Source of the DNA: a virus
Lineage: Duplodnaviria > Caudoviricetes
IMG/VR virus record: IMGVR_UViG_3300022752_000071
Coordinates: 1 to 61,365 of that record
Strand: one strand, 5' to 3'
Length of the DNA: 61,365 nucleotides
Shown one piece after another: positions 47,774 to 56,465 of the stretch. The position numbers were made by a program, and so were the translations under genes. The notes under the pieces are model-generated. The model saw nothing but the letters and a program-made list of their open reading frames with translations, was not told where the DNA came from and made no database searches. Numbering within the stretch: the first letter of the stretch is position 1; each line of letters opens with the position of its first letter.

Positions 47774-49540
47774 TTACCGGACGAGCGAACCGATGCGCGC
47801 TTCCGCAATCGCGATATATTCCGCCGATTGCTCAAAACCGACGAACTCAAAGCCTTCCAGCATGCACGCCATGCCGGTCGTCCCGCTGCCGGTGAACGGA
47901 TCGAGCACGCAACCGTTCGGCGGTGTCACGAGTTTCACAAGCCAGCGCATGAGTTCGACGGGCTTCACGGTGGGGTGGCTGTTGCGAACGGCGGCAGCGG
48001 TGCGGCCGGCACCAGCACGAGGTGAGTTCAGACCGTCCGATCCTTCCTCGCGGTCAACCGCTTGCGCGCCGGTCTTCGTGGGAAGACTCTCGCAGCCGCG
48101 TTCGCGTTCCTTGCGGCCCGCCTTGGCTTCGTACTTGAAGCACGGAAAGAAGCGGGAGGCTCCGTCCTTGTCGCCTTGCCGATCCATTTCGGGGACCGGG
48201 CAGTCCTCCGCGCACTCGTCGCCGCACTCGGGTGAATGATTCAGAAGGATGTTCGGTGGCCAACGACCGATGGTGCTGGCGTCGTTCGCGCCAGAGAGAT
48301 CGCTGGAGTTCTTCCAGCTATTCTCCATCGATCCGCCGCGCGCTTTGATCGCTTGCACGCCTGCCGCTAGCTTGGCGAAGTCCGACTCGGAAGCGTAGGC
48401 GACGCGCGTGCCGTCGATGTTCAGCGCCCCGGTGCCGTGCGCGAGCACGTTCTCCGAGACGGTGCCGTCGAGCGGCTTGCGCGCCACTACAATGGGCTTA
48501 TGGCCTCTGTCTTCCTCGCCCTGGCAACTTTCCAGCGATGCGCCGGTAGCACTCTCGGTTGCAGCAAGCGTTTGGATTGCGCGCAGCCTGAGCGCGCTGG
48601 CGCGAAACAGATCGTCCGCAAGCCGCACAAGGAACGAAAATGCGGGCGCGTTCGGGCGCGTGCTCCCGTCCGTGATCTTCGACAGACAAGACAGCAAGAT
48701 TGCAGAGTCGGTTGTCTGATTTGTCTCCGTTGATGTGGTGGACGTGCTCTCTCGTGCCGAGGCTTCTTCCCAGGTGCGCTGCCATGACGACACGGTGTTC
48801 AAGCTCAAATCGATTGCCGACGCGGACTGCCACGTATCCGTCTCCGCGCACGAATCGCCCCGTGTAGCAAACCGCCGCCCTGCATCCAGCAGAGCAGAAG
48901 CGAACGCCTCTACGAACTCGTTTTGGCTTGACGCTGAATGTTCCTCCGCAAGCCTCGCACGTAACATTGACAGGCATGAACCCATTGTAGCTGGTTTTGC
49001 GGCCACAATCACCGGCTCAAATGCTGGTTTCAGCGCCGTGCCCCATCCTTGCCATTGCTTCGCGGCGTCGGTAGCGGGTGCGGTAATCCCTCGTGTGTCC
49101 AAAACTGTTCTTGGGAGATCGCCGGGAGACATCGCTCGCGCGTGCTTGTTGGCGCGTGCCGCATACGGAGACAGGCCGATCACTTCCCGCTCTTTTCCCG
49201 CCGCCTTGTCGATCGCTTTGGACACGTCCATCGACTTCGGGAAGCCCGACCCGTAGATCCAATGGATCGAATCGCGCACTTCAAAGCCCGCGTCCTCGAT
49301 GGCGCACGCCATCCGGTGATAGGTGCGCGTGCCGCCGAACGCGAGGAGATGCCCGCCCGGCTTCAGCACGCGCAGGCACTCCCTCCAGACGTCTACGTTG
49401 TAAGCAATTCCAGAGGCGTCCCACCGCTTGCCCATGAATCCCAATTCGTATGGCGGGTCGGTGACGATGGCGTCGATGCACTCGTCGGGCAGATCGCGTA
49501 GGAGTTCTCGGCAGTCGCCCTGGAAAAGCTCGTAGGTCAC
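47774..49540 (-). CDS. N6/N4 DNA methyltransferase (beta class) with 173-aa insertion
   Basis: TDPPY, RVLKPGG, W.YGSGFPK, HPTVKP, LDPFTGSGTT. Confidence 0.92.
   Translation of the reverse strand: MTYELFQGDCRELLRDLPDECIDAIVTDPPYELGFMGKRWDASGIAYNVDVWRECLRVLKPGGHLLAFGGTRTYHRMACAIEDAGFEVRDSIHWIYGSGFPKSMDVSKAIDKAAGKEREVIGLSPYAARANKHARAMSPGDLPRTVLDTRGITAPATDAAKQWQGWGTALKPAFEPVIVAAKPATMGSCLSMLRARLAEEHSASSQNEFVEAFASALLDAGRRFATRGDSCAETDTWQSASAIDLSLNTVSSWQRTWEEASARESTSTTSTETNQTTDSAILLSCLSKITDGSTRPNAPAFSFLVRLADDLFRASALRLRAIQTLAATESATGASLESCQGEEDRGHKPIVVARKPLDGTVSENVLAHGTGALNIDGTRVAYASESDFAKLAAGVQAIKARGGSMENSWKNSSDLSGANDASTIGRWPPNILLNHSPECGDECAEDCPVPEMDRQGDKDGASRFFPCFKYEAKAGRKERERGCESLPTKTGAQAVDREEGSDGLNSPRAGAGRTAAAVRNSHPTVKPVELMRWLVKLVTPPNGCVLDPFTGSGTTGMACMLEGFEFVGFEQSAEYIAIAEARIGSLVR
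48498..48977 (-). mobile_element. HNH homing endonuclease gene nested out of frame in the MTase
   Basis: GY, EHR.VM..HLGR.L...E.VHHING.K.DNRL.NL, flanking CxxC pairs; 10-bp inverted repeat at both ends. Confidence 0.88.
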
Positions 49541-50778
49541 TTTCGCACCGTCATGCTCGCTTCTTGGAAGAACTCCACGCCGGGGATGGGCGTCGGTGCG
49601 CCGTCGTCGCGCACGCTGCCGCGCATCTCCGCGTCGATCTTGTTCGGATCGGGCGAGCAGAATCGCGCAGGCACCGCCGACTCGTCAACAATTCGGAACT
49701 TCCAGACCATCCGCATCGACACGCCCTGCGGCATCGCGGTGGGCGTGGGAGCCGCAGCCAGGGCTGCGGTCGCTTCTTGGGCCGTCTGGGCCGCAGCAGC
49801 GAGCGCGAGCGCCTCGCGCGAGGCTTTCTCGCGCTCGGTCACGTAGAGCGCCACCTTTGCCTTCAGCTTCTTCTCGGCGTTCTCCAACGCGTCGAGCGCG
49901 GGTTTGAACCAGCCGTTGATCGTCTTGACGGTCGTGTTCAGCGGGCCGGTGACTTCCTTGCGCCGGTCGTCGAGTTCCTTGTGCTTCGCCTTCACCTCGC
50001 GAATGAGGTCGGCGGCGAAGGCAGAGTCCTCGTCGTTCGAGACAACGAACGTGTCGAGTTCACGCAGCGCCGCGACGGTGGCGGCGTGCTCGCCGTCGAG
50101 GTCGCCGGCTTGTTTACGGTACGGGGTCAGGTCGTTCATGGGGTCTTCGATCCTTTCTTGTTTCTTCCACGTCATAGCGGCGCTGCCGGATTGCCAGCGT
50201 TTTCCGGTAGCCACTTGCCGCCATCCATTTTTCCGCATGTACTCAGCGGCATCGCCTCGTCGACAAATCCAATTCTCCCATCGTTGCAACGTCGTCGGCG
50301 GCGCTGCGATCAGTTCGCGACGATTCGTTTTGCCTGCTGAGTAGATTGATGCGCGCGAACCGTCCGGCAGCAATCGGACAACGGCACGGCGGCGAACGGT
50401 CGCCGTCCAACCGGAGCATCGGTAAACATAGCCAGTGTGCCCTTGGCCTTCGTCGCTGAACGTCACAAGGACCGGCCAGCGTGTGCGGTCGATTTCGTGT
50501 TTCATCTGCCGCATAAGGGGCTTCGACACATGCTTCAATCGGCGTTCATGTTTCGGAACAGCGACCATTCGGGACAAGGCAAGAACGCCCCCTGGTGCTT
50601 CTGGACACACAGATTTCGCGCAGCCGGGGGGGGGAGGTTGCCATGCGTATGCTGCGACAGGGCGTTCGTTTTCGTAGACCGCAAAACAATAAACGGCGAC
50701 TCGGCCCGCCGAAGCGTAGCCATGGTGTCGCTCACACAACTCGCGCACCACTTCGATTGAAACTCGTCGCAAATCCAC
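49537..50778 (-). CDS. Mom-like adenine-modification protein fused in frame to a coiled-coil phage protein (internal ATG at 50139)
   Basis: HHGY, LSRM, LVTFSDEGQGHTGYVY.CSGW; C-terminal RK..T.PLN...K.IN.WFKP. Confidence 0.75.
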   Translation of the reverse strand: MDLRRVSIEVVRELCERHHGYASAGRVAVYCFAVYENERPVAAYAWQPPPPGCAKSVCPEAPGGVLALSRMVAVPKHERRLKHVSKPLMRQMKHEIDRTRWPVLVTFSDEGQGHTGYVYRCSGWTATVRRRAVVRLLPDGSRASIYSAGKTNRRELIAAPPTTLQRWENWICRRGDAAEYMRKNGWRQVATGKRWQSGSAAMTWKKQERIEDPMNDLTPYRKQAGDLDGEHAATVAALRELDTFVVSNDEDSAFAADLIREVKAKHKELDDRRKEVTGPLNTTVKTINGWFKPALDALENAEKKLKAKVALYVTEREKASREALALAAAAQTAQEATAALAAAPTPTAMPQGVSMRMVWKFRIVDESAVPARFCSPDPNKIDAEMRGSVRDDGAPTPIPGVEFFQEASMTVRK

Positions 50779-50832
50779 CAGCAGGTTTGCTTTCGGTACG
50801 GGGTCTGGTTCCTTGGGGTTTAGGGTTCTCGT

Positions 50833-51090
50833 TCAGCCGCCGTCGTCCTCGGCCTTCGCCTCGTGAAACGCGCGGTAGTTCTCGACGGCGCGAAGCAGCG
50901 CGCCCGCAGCGCGAATCGTCTCGCCCTTCTGGCTGTGAAGTCGGCACTGCGCGTCGCAGATTGCGTGCGGGCTGACCGATGCGGCGACGTCAATCGCGCG
51001 CATCGCCTTCTCGGCATCGTTCAAGTCGAACGTCGAGTCGTAGTACCTCTCGGCGGCTTCAATCAGTTCGGCAAGCACATCAGGTTCCAT
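50833..51090 (-). CDS. Hypothetical protein
   Basis: AAGGAG RBS. Confidence 0.65.
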   Translation of the reverse strand: MEPDVLAELIEAAERYYDSTFDLNDAEKAMRAIDVAASVSPHAICDAQCRLHSQKGETIRAAGALLRAVENYRAFHEAKAEDDGG

Positions 51091-51277
51091 TGTCGTTCTC
51101 CTTCTTGTTCAGCGCGCACTCGGCGTGCGCGTCTTCAAAAGCCCTAGCAACCATGGCTAGGGAGTTGATCGAGCAGGGCAGCAGGATGCGAATCGAGTCG
51201 CCGCAGGCGTCACATTCCAACGGCGAGTACATCGAAGCGAGCGGCGCGGGTTTCGAGCGTCCGATCCATGCAGACAT
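51080..51277 (-). CDS. Small Zn-binding hypothetical protein
   Basis: AAGGAG RBS; CxxC...H..C. Confidence 0.55.
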   Translation of the reverse strand: MSAWIGRSKPAPLASMYSPLECDACGDSIRILLPCSINSLAMVARAFEDAHAECALNKKENDNGT

Positions 51278-51696
51278 CAGGGTTCTCCTTTTCGTCGTCG
51301 AACGCACTCAGCGTGTGCGGAACGGTACTCCTCGCCGTGAATCCACAGGCCGCCGCCCATGCCGGTCGGAGGGTTCTTGCGCTTCTCCTCGGTGATGGCG
51401 AGACGCGGGCAGTCGGACGTGTCGCAGAACGGGCACGGCGTTTCTGGCACGAGTTCCCTCATGCCCCAGTGCGTCAAAGTGAACGCAGCGTCCTCGTGCG
51501 GTTCGTCGCACGTCTTACACTCCGCGTATTCGCTCAACTGCTTGATAAGGTTGTCACGCAAGAGACGACGGACGGCAATCCAGTCGCGCGAGCCGTGCGG
51601 AATGAATCCGTCAAAGTCTCCGTTTCCGCCAAGCGACGGGTGCAAGACTTTTTGCATCGCGCGCAGGACGCGCATGTCGTTTGCGGTGAGTTTCAC
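51277..51696 (-). CDS. Cys-rich hypothetical protein
   Basis: Coupled ORF. Confidence 0.6.
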   Translation of the reverse strand: MKLTANDMRVLRAMQKVLHPSLGGNGDFDGFIPHGSRDWIAVRRLLRDNLIKQLSEYAECKTCDEPHEDAAFTLTHWGMRELVPETPCPFCDTSDCPRLAITEEKRKNPPTGMGGGLWIHGEEYRSAHAECVRRRKGEP

Positions 51697-52004
51697 ACAG
51701 GCTCTCCAAGTCCGAGTGCTTCTTCAATTCGCCGCACCAGCTTCACGCTGTCCTCGGGGTCGTACTGCGACATGATGTGGTCGCGGCAGTCGTCAAGCAG
51801 CGCGGATAGACGCTCGGCATCGCGCTCGGAGGCGTCGAGTTGCTCACCTAGTTTTCGCGCCGTCTCGGCCCACTTGTCGCGAGAGTCTCTGAGTGCGGCG
51901 ACCATCTCCCCAATGTCGCGAGCATCCCATCCATGCAGATGCTTGGTTGGCCTACAAACTTGGCACGCTTGAATGAAAGCCTCCGGGCTTAATGTCCTAG
52001 TCAT
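51693..52004 (-). CDS. Hypothetical protein
   Basis: ATG at 52004 overlaps the upstream stop. Confidence 0.6.
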   Translation of the reverse strand: MTRTLSPEAFIQACQVCRPTKHLHGWDARDIGEMVAALRDSRDKWAETARKLGEQLDASERDAERLSALLDDCRDHIMSQYDPEDSVKLVRRIEEALGLGEPV

Positions 52005-52672
52005 CACTCGTCCTCTTTCAGGATCGCCATGTTGATACGACACGCGAGGCATCGCTCGCAGTCCTCGTCGTGGTCTTGCCAGCAATGCTCGCACTCGCAG
52101 TCACAGCCGTTCTCGGTGAGGAGTTCCTCAATCTTCGTTATGGGAACGACAAGTTTCGCAACGGCCTTGCTGGTTTTCTGAAGCGCCTCGCGCTGCACTT
52201 CGACGTGCGTCTGCAACGTCTCGACGTCGGCTTCTCGCTCGTTCAGTTCCGCGAGCGCCTCTAGCTCGCGCTTCTCGGCAGCGCGCAGCGCCTCGCGCAT
52301 CCAGAGGCGACCGGCTCCGTGCATCGGACACGGGCTGTCGCCCGCTTCGATCTGACAGCAGCACTTCATCGCTCGGATGGCTTCCGCCGTGGTCAAGTTG
52401 CCGTGTCGCACGGCAACGCGCGCCGCACGCTCGCGAAACGCAACGAGGTCTTGTTCCAAGTACGCAATCGCTTGCTCCGCGTCGGCCTCGGCGTGCGCGA
52501 GCCGCGTCTTGTAGAAGTCACGCTCCTTCACCGCGACGTCGTGAAACGCCTTGGCGCACGCAAGCTCGGCTTCAAGCGAAGCGACTTTCTCGCGTAGCGC
52601 GTCGCGTTCTTCAACGACCTTTTGCGCGAAGACACTCCACGTTCCTTCTCCGGGTCCGTCAAGTACGCTCAT
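52004..52672 (-). CDS. Coiled-coil Cys-rich hypothetical protein
   Basis: GGAGGA RBS. Confidence 0.65.
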   Translation of the reverse strand: MSVLDGPGEGTWSVFAQKVVEERDALREKVASLEAELACAKAFHDVAVKERDFYKTRLAHAEADAEQAIAYLEQDLVAFRERAARVAVRHGNLTTAEAIRAMKCCCQIEAGDSPCPMHGAGRLWMREALRAAEKRELEALAELNEREADVETLQTHVEVQREALQKTSKAVAKLVVPITKIEELLTENGCDCECEHCWQDHDEDCERCLACRINMAILKEDE

Positions 52673-53007
52673 GCGATCCTCCGCTTGGCGATTCGCTTCT
52701 CGGGGTGCGAAGCGCGCACCGTCGCTTCGCCGACGCCGAAGCGCGAGGCGATAGCCTGTTCACGCGATCTCGCGTCGCGGTCTTCGCGCGTGGCGCGAAC
52801 CGTCTCCCAGTCCGCCGCGTCTCGTGAGTTCGCCGTCTTGGCGACGCGCCTGAGCCACGCTGCGACGTCTTCGACCGTCTGTCGGTCTTCGTCACTCAAC
52901 GTGTTCGGGATGTCGTTGTTTGCCAGATTGAGCAGCAAATCGGCGGCGAGCGTCACGTCGTCACCGAGAAGCGCCACGGGAATGTCGACTTTGGGGTTCG
53001 GTTCCAT
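52669..53007 (-). CDS. Hypothetical protein
   Basis: ATG at 53007 just downstream of a promoter. Confidence 0.6.
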   Translation of the reverse strand: MEPNPKVDIPVALLGDDVTLAADLLLNLANNDIPNTLSDEDRQTVEDVAAWLRRVAKTANSRDAADWETVRATREDRDARSREQAIASRFGVGEATVRASHPEKRIAKRRIA

Positions 53008-53018
53008 GCGTCTTGTAT

Positions 53019-53052
53019 GTCGCACCATACGCGCCCCCAAAGGGTGTGTCAA
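53019..53052 (-). promoter_or_regulatory. Sigma70 promoter
   Basis: TTGACA-N17-TATGGTgcgac. Confidence 0.75.
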
Positions 53053-53062
53053 GTATGTCGCA

Positions 53063-53524
53063 CTAGGCGCGTTGCAGGAACCAGAGTCCGAGCGCCACGG
53101 CGTCGAGCATGTTGTGGTCGTAGCCGTGCGGGTGCGTCTTCGACACCTTGCGCTTCTCGCCTTCCAGCAAGCGCAACTCGTCGTCGGCAAGCTGCCGCAA
53201 GACGCGCGCGTGGTGGATCTCTTTGGGCACTTGCCCCTTCCAGTTCGCCGGGAAGGTCTCAATCACTCGCGTGACGAGCGGTCGGTAGTGCCCGCGAATC
53301 TCGCCGACCGTCAGCGCCAGATCGACGATGTCGTTCGGGTCGCCTTTCGAGCGATGCGGGTAGATGCGAGGGATTTCCAGAACGAGCGTCTGGTCGAAGC
53401 CGCGATGCCATACGGCGGGGTAGTCGTGGTCGCGAAAGATCCCCGCGGCCGACAGCTTTCCGGCGGTGAACTGCGCCCAACCGCTCGTTCGTCCTGGGTC
53501 GATCGCCGTCACGCGCTCGCGCAT
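53063..53524 (-). CDS. RuvC-like Holliday junction resolvase
   Basis: AIDPG..SGWA, VLE, P..WKG, HN..DA..LG. Confidence 0.75.
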   Translation of the reverse strand: MRERVTAIDPGRTSGWAQFTAGKLSAAGIFRDHDYPAVWHRGFDQTLVLEIPRIYPHRSKGDPNDIVDLALTVGEIRGHYRPLVTRVIETFPANWKGQVPKEIHHARVLRQLADDELRLLEGEKRKVSKTHPHGYDHNMLDAVALGLWFLQRA

Positions 53525-53531
53525 GGCTTGC

Positions 53532-54002
53532 TCAAAATTCAACATGCTTCTCGCAACTCCAACGATGTCGCAGCACGTTTCGTTTGCGCTCGATCTTGGC
53601 CGGTTCACTGCAAACCGTGCATTTGTGTGCGACCATTTTCGTCCCGCCGATTTGGTAGCCCAACACTTGGCAATGCAGGCAGCGGTACAGCAAACGGTGT
53701 TGTGGCGGTTCGGTCTGCCACTCGTGCGGTTTGTTCGTCGCGGGGCACTTGCCCTCTGCCGTACGGTTTTCGCGCTGCTTCTGAAGGCTCAAACGGGCGT
53801 TGTGCCGCACCGCTTTCGGCATGGACATATTCCGGTCGTCCCGTTTGGAACTGACCGTCACCACCAGAATGAAATCCTCTTCGTCTCGAATCTCGTACAC
53901 GCGAGCATTGCGTTCAGCGAGACAACGAGAGCGTCGCATGGCATCGAGCAAGTCGCGCTTCGCCTCGACAAGCTCTCCTTCGTACATGATTCGATACATC
54001 AT
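53532..54002 (-). CDS. Zn-finger hypothetical protein
   Basis: Several CxxC/CxxH pairs; ATGA overlap with polymerase. Confidence 0.65.
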   Translation of the reverse strand: MMYRIMYEGELVEAKRDLLDAMRRSRCLAERNARVYEIRDEEDFILVVTVSSKRDDRNMSMPKAVRHNARLSLQKQRENRTAEGKCPATNKPHEWQTEPPQHRLLYRCLHCQVLGYQIGGTKMVAHKCTVCSEPAKIERKRNVLRHRWSCEKHVEF

Positions 54003-55840
54003 TCCCACGGCAGCAAGCGCCCCTGTTCGTCCTTCGTCGGCTTTGCCTTCTTGCTCCACCGCCGCATCAGAAGCGGTTCGACTTTCGGCGGAACGTCGGG
54101 CATCAGCACAATAGCGCCTTCTACCATGAGCCGGGCAAGCTCCATCGCCGCGTCGTGCGCCTTTTCTTCCGGCGTCTCGATGATGATTTCGTCGTGGACG
54201 AAGTTGACGATGCGCGAACCGTAGAGCGGCGAGGATGGCTCCACGTAGCAGGCACGCGAGACAAGGAATCCGGCGTTCTTCGCCGCGTCGGCCGCGAGTC
54301 CCTGGAACATGCTGTTGCACGCCTCGGTGTACGAAACGCCACCGCGTCGCCGACCGACGTACAACTGCTCGACGGTCGGGTTCAGTTGCTCGCAGACGTT
54401 ACCAATCCAAGCGAAGTACCGCTCGAACTCGGGCCAGCTTTGAAGCCAAACGCGCTTCAATTGCTGCGCCTCGTACTCCGTCATCTCCACGCCGTAGGTG
54501 CCGCGCGCGAACTCGACGAGCCGCGCCGCACCGAGCCCGCCGGGGAAACCGAAGTTCGCGACTTTGGCGGTTTGCCGTGCGTTGTCGATCGCCTCGTCGC
54601 CGGCCTTCTTCCGCCGCAGCGCCTCCTCGTAGCTGACACCGACGATGCGCGCTGCCATCTCTAGGTGCGGGTCGAGTCCAGCATTCAGCGCCTCGGCGAG
54701 CCGAGAGAAATGAAACTGCGCGAGGCAGACTTGCGCCACCGTACGCAGTTCCATCTGCTCATAGTCGGCGGCAGCGAAGACGTAGCCGGGCCTCGGAACG
54801 AAGCACTCCCGCATGCCGCCTTTGCGCGGAAGGTTTTGGATGTTCGGCGACGATGACGTACGTCCGGTTTCCAGCAACGTCTCGAAACGCGCCTGAATGG
54901 GCTTGCTCGCCCCCGACGCGAGCAAAGGCAAGTCGGTGTTGAGTTGCTTCGACAGCGACGAGAGTCGCGCGTAGGCCGACAGCACCGGATGACCGAGTTC
55001 TTCGCACGAGCCTCGGTCGAGCGCGACCGCGCCCTTTTCGGTTCGCGGCACTTCGACGCCCTTCTGCTTGCAGACGCTTTCGACGAGACGGCCGGCGGCT
55101 TTGGTGTCGCGCGTGCCGTTCTTACGGACGACGCCGGCAGCAACGCACACCGCTTGCGCCTCGGCGAGTTCCTCTTCCACTTGCCGCTTGAACTCGGCGA
55201 CCGCAGCAGGGTCGGTCTTTAGTCCCCACGCACTCGCAAGATGCAGCCACCACGCCGCGCGAGCTTGCCGGTGCTGGTCTTCCAGCAGTTCCTTACCTTC
55301 GCCTTCTTGGTCCTGCCAAACTGCATATGTGGTGATGGCGTCGTAGATGGCGTACTCCCGCGCGCCCTCGGGCCACTCGTGCAGCGGCAACGGAAGAAGT
55401 TCGGCGTAGCCGGTGCGCCAAGTCGTCTTGTCGAGGTCGCGTCCGAGCCGTCGCTTGGCAACGTCGGCGAGCGAATAGCCGAGCTTGATCGTCTCGCCGT
55501 TCACCTTGCGGTAACCGCGATAGATACCGAGCGCGATGTGTTGCAGTTTCTCCCGCAACATCGTGTCGGTGACGCGGTTCTCTTCGTAGGCGCGGAAGAT
55601 CGCCGGAAGGAGATCAGGCCACTTCGCTGCGAAGACGGCCATGTCGAACGCGACATTGTGACCCACTAGCTCGCAGCGCAGCAGGTCTTCAACGCGCCCT
55701 CGGGTCGCCGGGTCGTTCGCGTGCCATAATTCCGGTGTCGCGCCGTCGTAGCTTGAAATGCAAACGAGTGGCGGTGCCAGACGACCGGGGGAAATGAGCG
55801 CAGTTTCGGTGTCGAACGCAATCGGCATAGGGCTCTCCAT
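53999..55840 (-). CDS. polA: Family A DNA polymerase with 3'-5' exonuclease
   Basis: FDTET, GHNVAFD, YA..DA, TGR.SS.PN.QN.P, ADY.Q.ELR, R..AK..NFG, VHDE. Confidence 0.93.
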   Translation of the reverse strand: MESPMPIAFDTETALISPGRLAPPLVCISSYDGATPELWHANDPATRGRVEDLLRCELVGHNVAFDMAVFAAKWPDLLPAIFRAYEENRVTDTMLREKLQHIALGIYRGYRKVNGETIKLGYSLADVAKRRLGRDLDKTTWRTGYAELLPLPLHEWPEGAREYAIYDAITTYAVWQDQEGEGKELLEDQHRQARAAWWLHLASAWGLKTDPAAVAEFKRQVEEELAEAQAVCVAAGVVRKNGTRDTKAAGRLVESVCKQKGVEVPRTEKGAVALDRGSCEELGHPVLSAYARLSSLSKQLNTDLPLLASGASKPIQARFETLLETGRTSSSPNIQNLPRKGGMRECFVPRPGYVFAAADYEQMELRTVAQVCLAQFHFSRLAEALNAGLDPHLEMAARIVGVSYEEALRRKKAGDEAIDNARQTAKVANFGFPGGLGAARLVEFARGTYGVEMTEYEAQQLKRVWLQSWPEFERYFAWIGNVCEQLNPTVEQLYVGRRRGGVSYTEACNSMFQGLAADAAKNAGFLVSRACYVEPSSPLYGSRIVNFVHDEIIIETPEEKAHDAAMELARLMVEGAIVLMPDVPPKVEPLLMRRWSKKAKPTKDEQGRLLPWE

Positions 55841-55841
55841 C

Positions 55842-55944
55842 GCGACGAAGGGGTCGCAAAAGAAAAAGGAACGCTGCGCCCCTGTCGGCGCGACACGCTG
55901 AGAGAATCTCGCCCAAGCTCAACATGAGCGGGCGCAGCGTTCCT
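55842..55944 (-). ncRNA. Candidate structured cis-regulatory RNA (four-way junction plus U tract)
   Basis: Perfect 15-bp closing stem with three inner hairpins. Confidence 0.5.
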
Positions 55945-55968
55945 AACTTGTCTGGTCTACGTCAGCCG

Positions 55969-56421
55969 TCAGCCAGCCGGCGACCAGTTATGCCGCGTGA
56001 AGTCGAAGCCCTTCTTGGTCTTGGTCGAGAAGGTTTCGAGGTTCACTTCCTGCCCAACGAGCGCGTTGTTCGTCTCGTTGCTGGTTGCTTCGTCCAGAAT
56101 GTTCTCCATCTCGGCGTTGATCTCGGCCATCGCGTCGCGATCACCTGGGTGAACGCCCGACACGGCGGCGACGAACGCCTTGATCGCCGGGAAGGCGACG
56201 GTCTTGTCCTGCATCTTCTGAAACCACGTTGCAGACGAGCCAACAGGATGCTCGTCAAGGTTCGACTCCAAGACGTCGAACTCGACGATGAACGCGAGCC
56301 CAGACTTGACCGACTCTTTCGCGAGCGTCTTTTTTACGCGCAGTTTACCCAGAAAACCGGGGCTGATGTACTTGCCGCGCTCGCTGATTTCCGCCTTCTC
56401 GATGCCTGAAAAAAGTCCCAT
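55969..56421 (-). CDS. Putative ssDNA-binding protein
   Basis: Between helicase and polymerase; OB-like beta pattern; AAAGGA RBS. Confidence 0.55.
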   Translation of the reverse strand: MGLFSGIEKAEISERGKYISPGFLGKLRVKKTLAKESVKSGLAFIVEFDVLESNLDEHPVGSSATWFQKMQDKTVAFPAIKAFVAAVSGVHPGDRDAMAEINAEMENILDEATSNETNNALVGQEVNLETFSTKTKKGFDFTRHNWSPAG

Positions 56422-56465
56422 GTTCTTCGTTCCTTTTCTTTCGGTTCTTGTGCTTTGTTTCTTGG

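Noticed and set aside
48485-49004. Intein or group I/II intron explaining the MTase insertion
   Set aside because: A CL dipeptide occurs near the start, but there is no HN-C/S/T end, and the HNH ORF fills the insert, leaving no space for a ribozyme core.
55867-55944. tRNA gene
   Set aside because: Stem lengths and 3-nt loops do not fit; no TTC T-loop consensus or CCA end.
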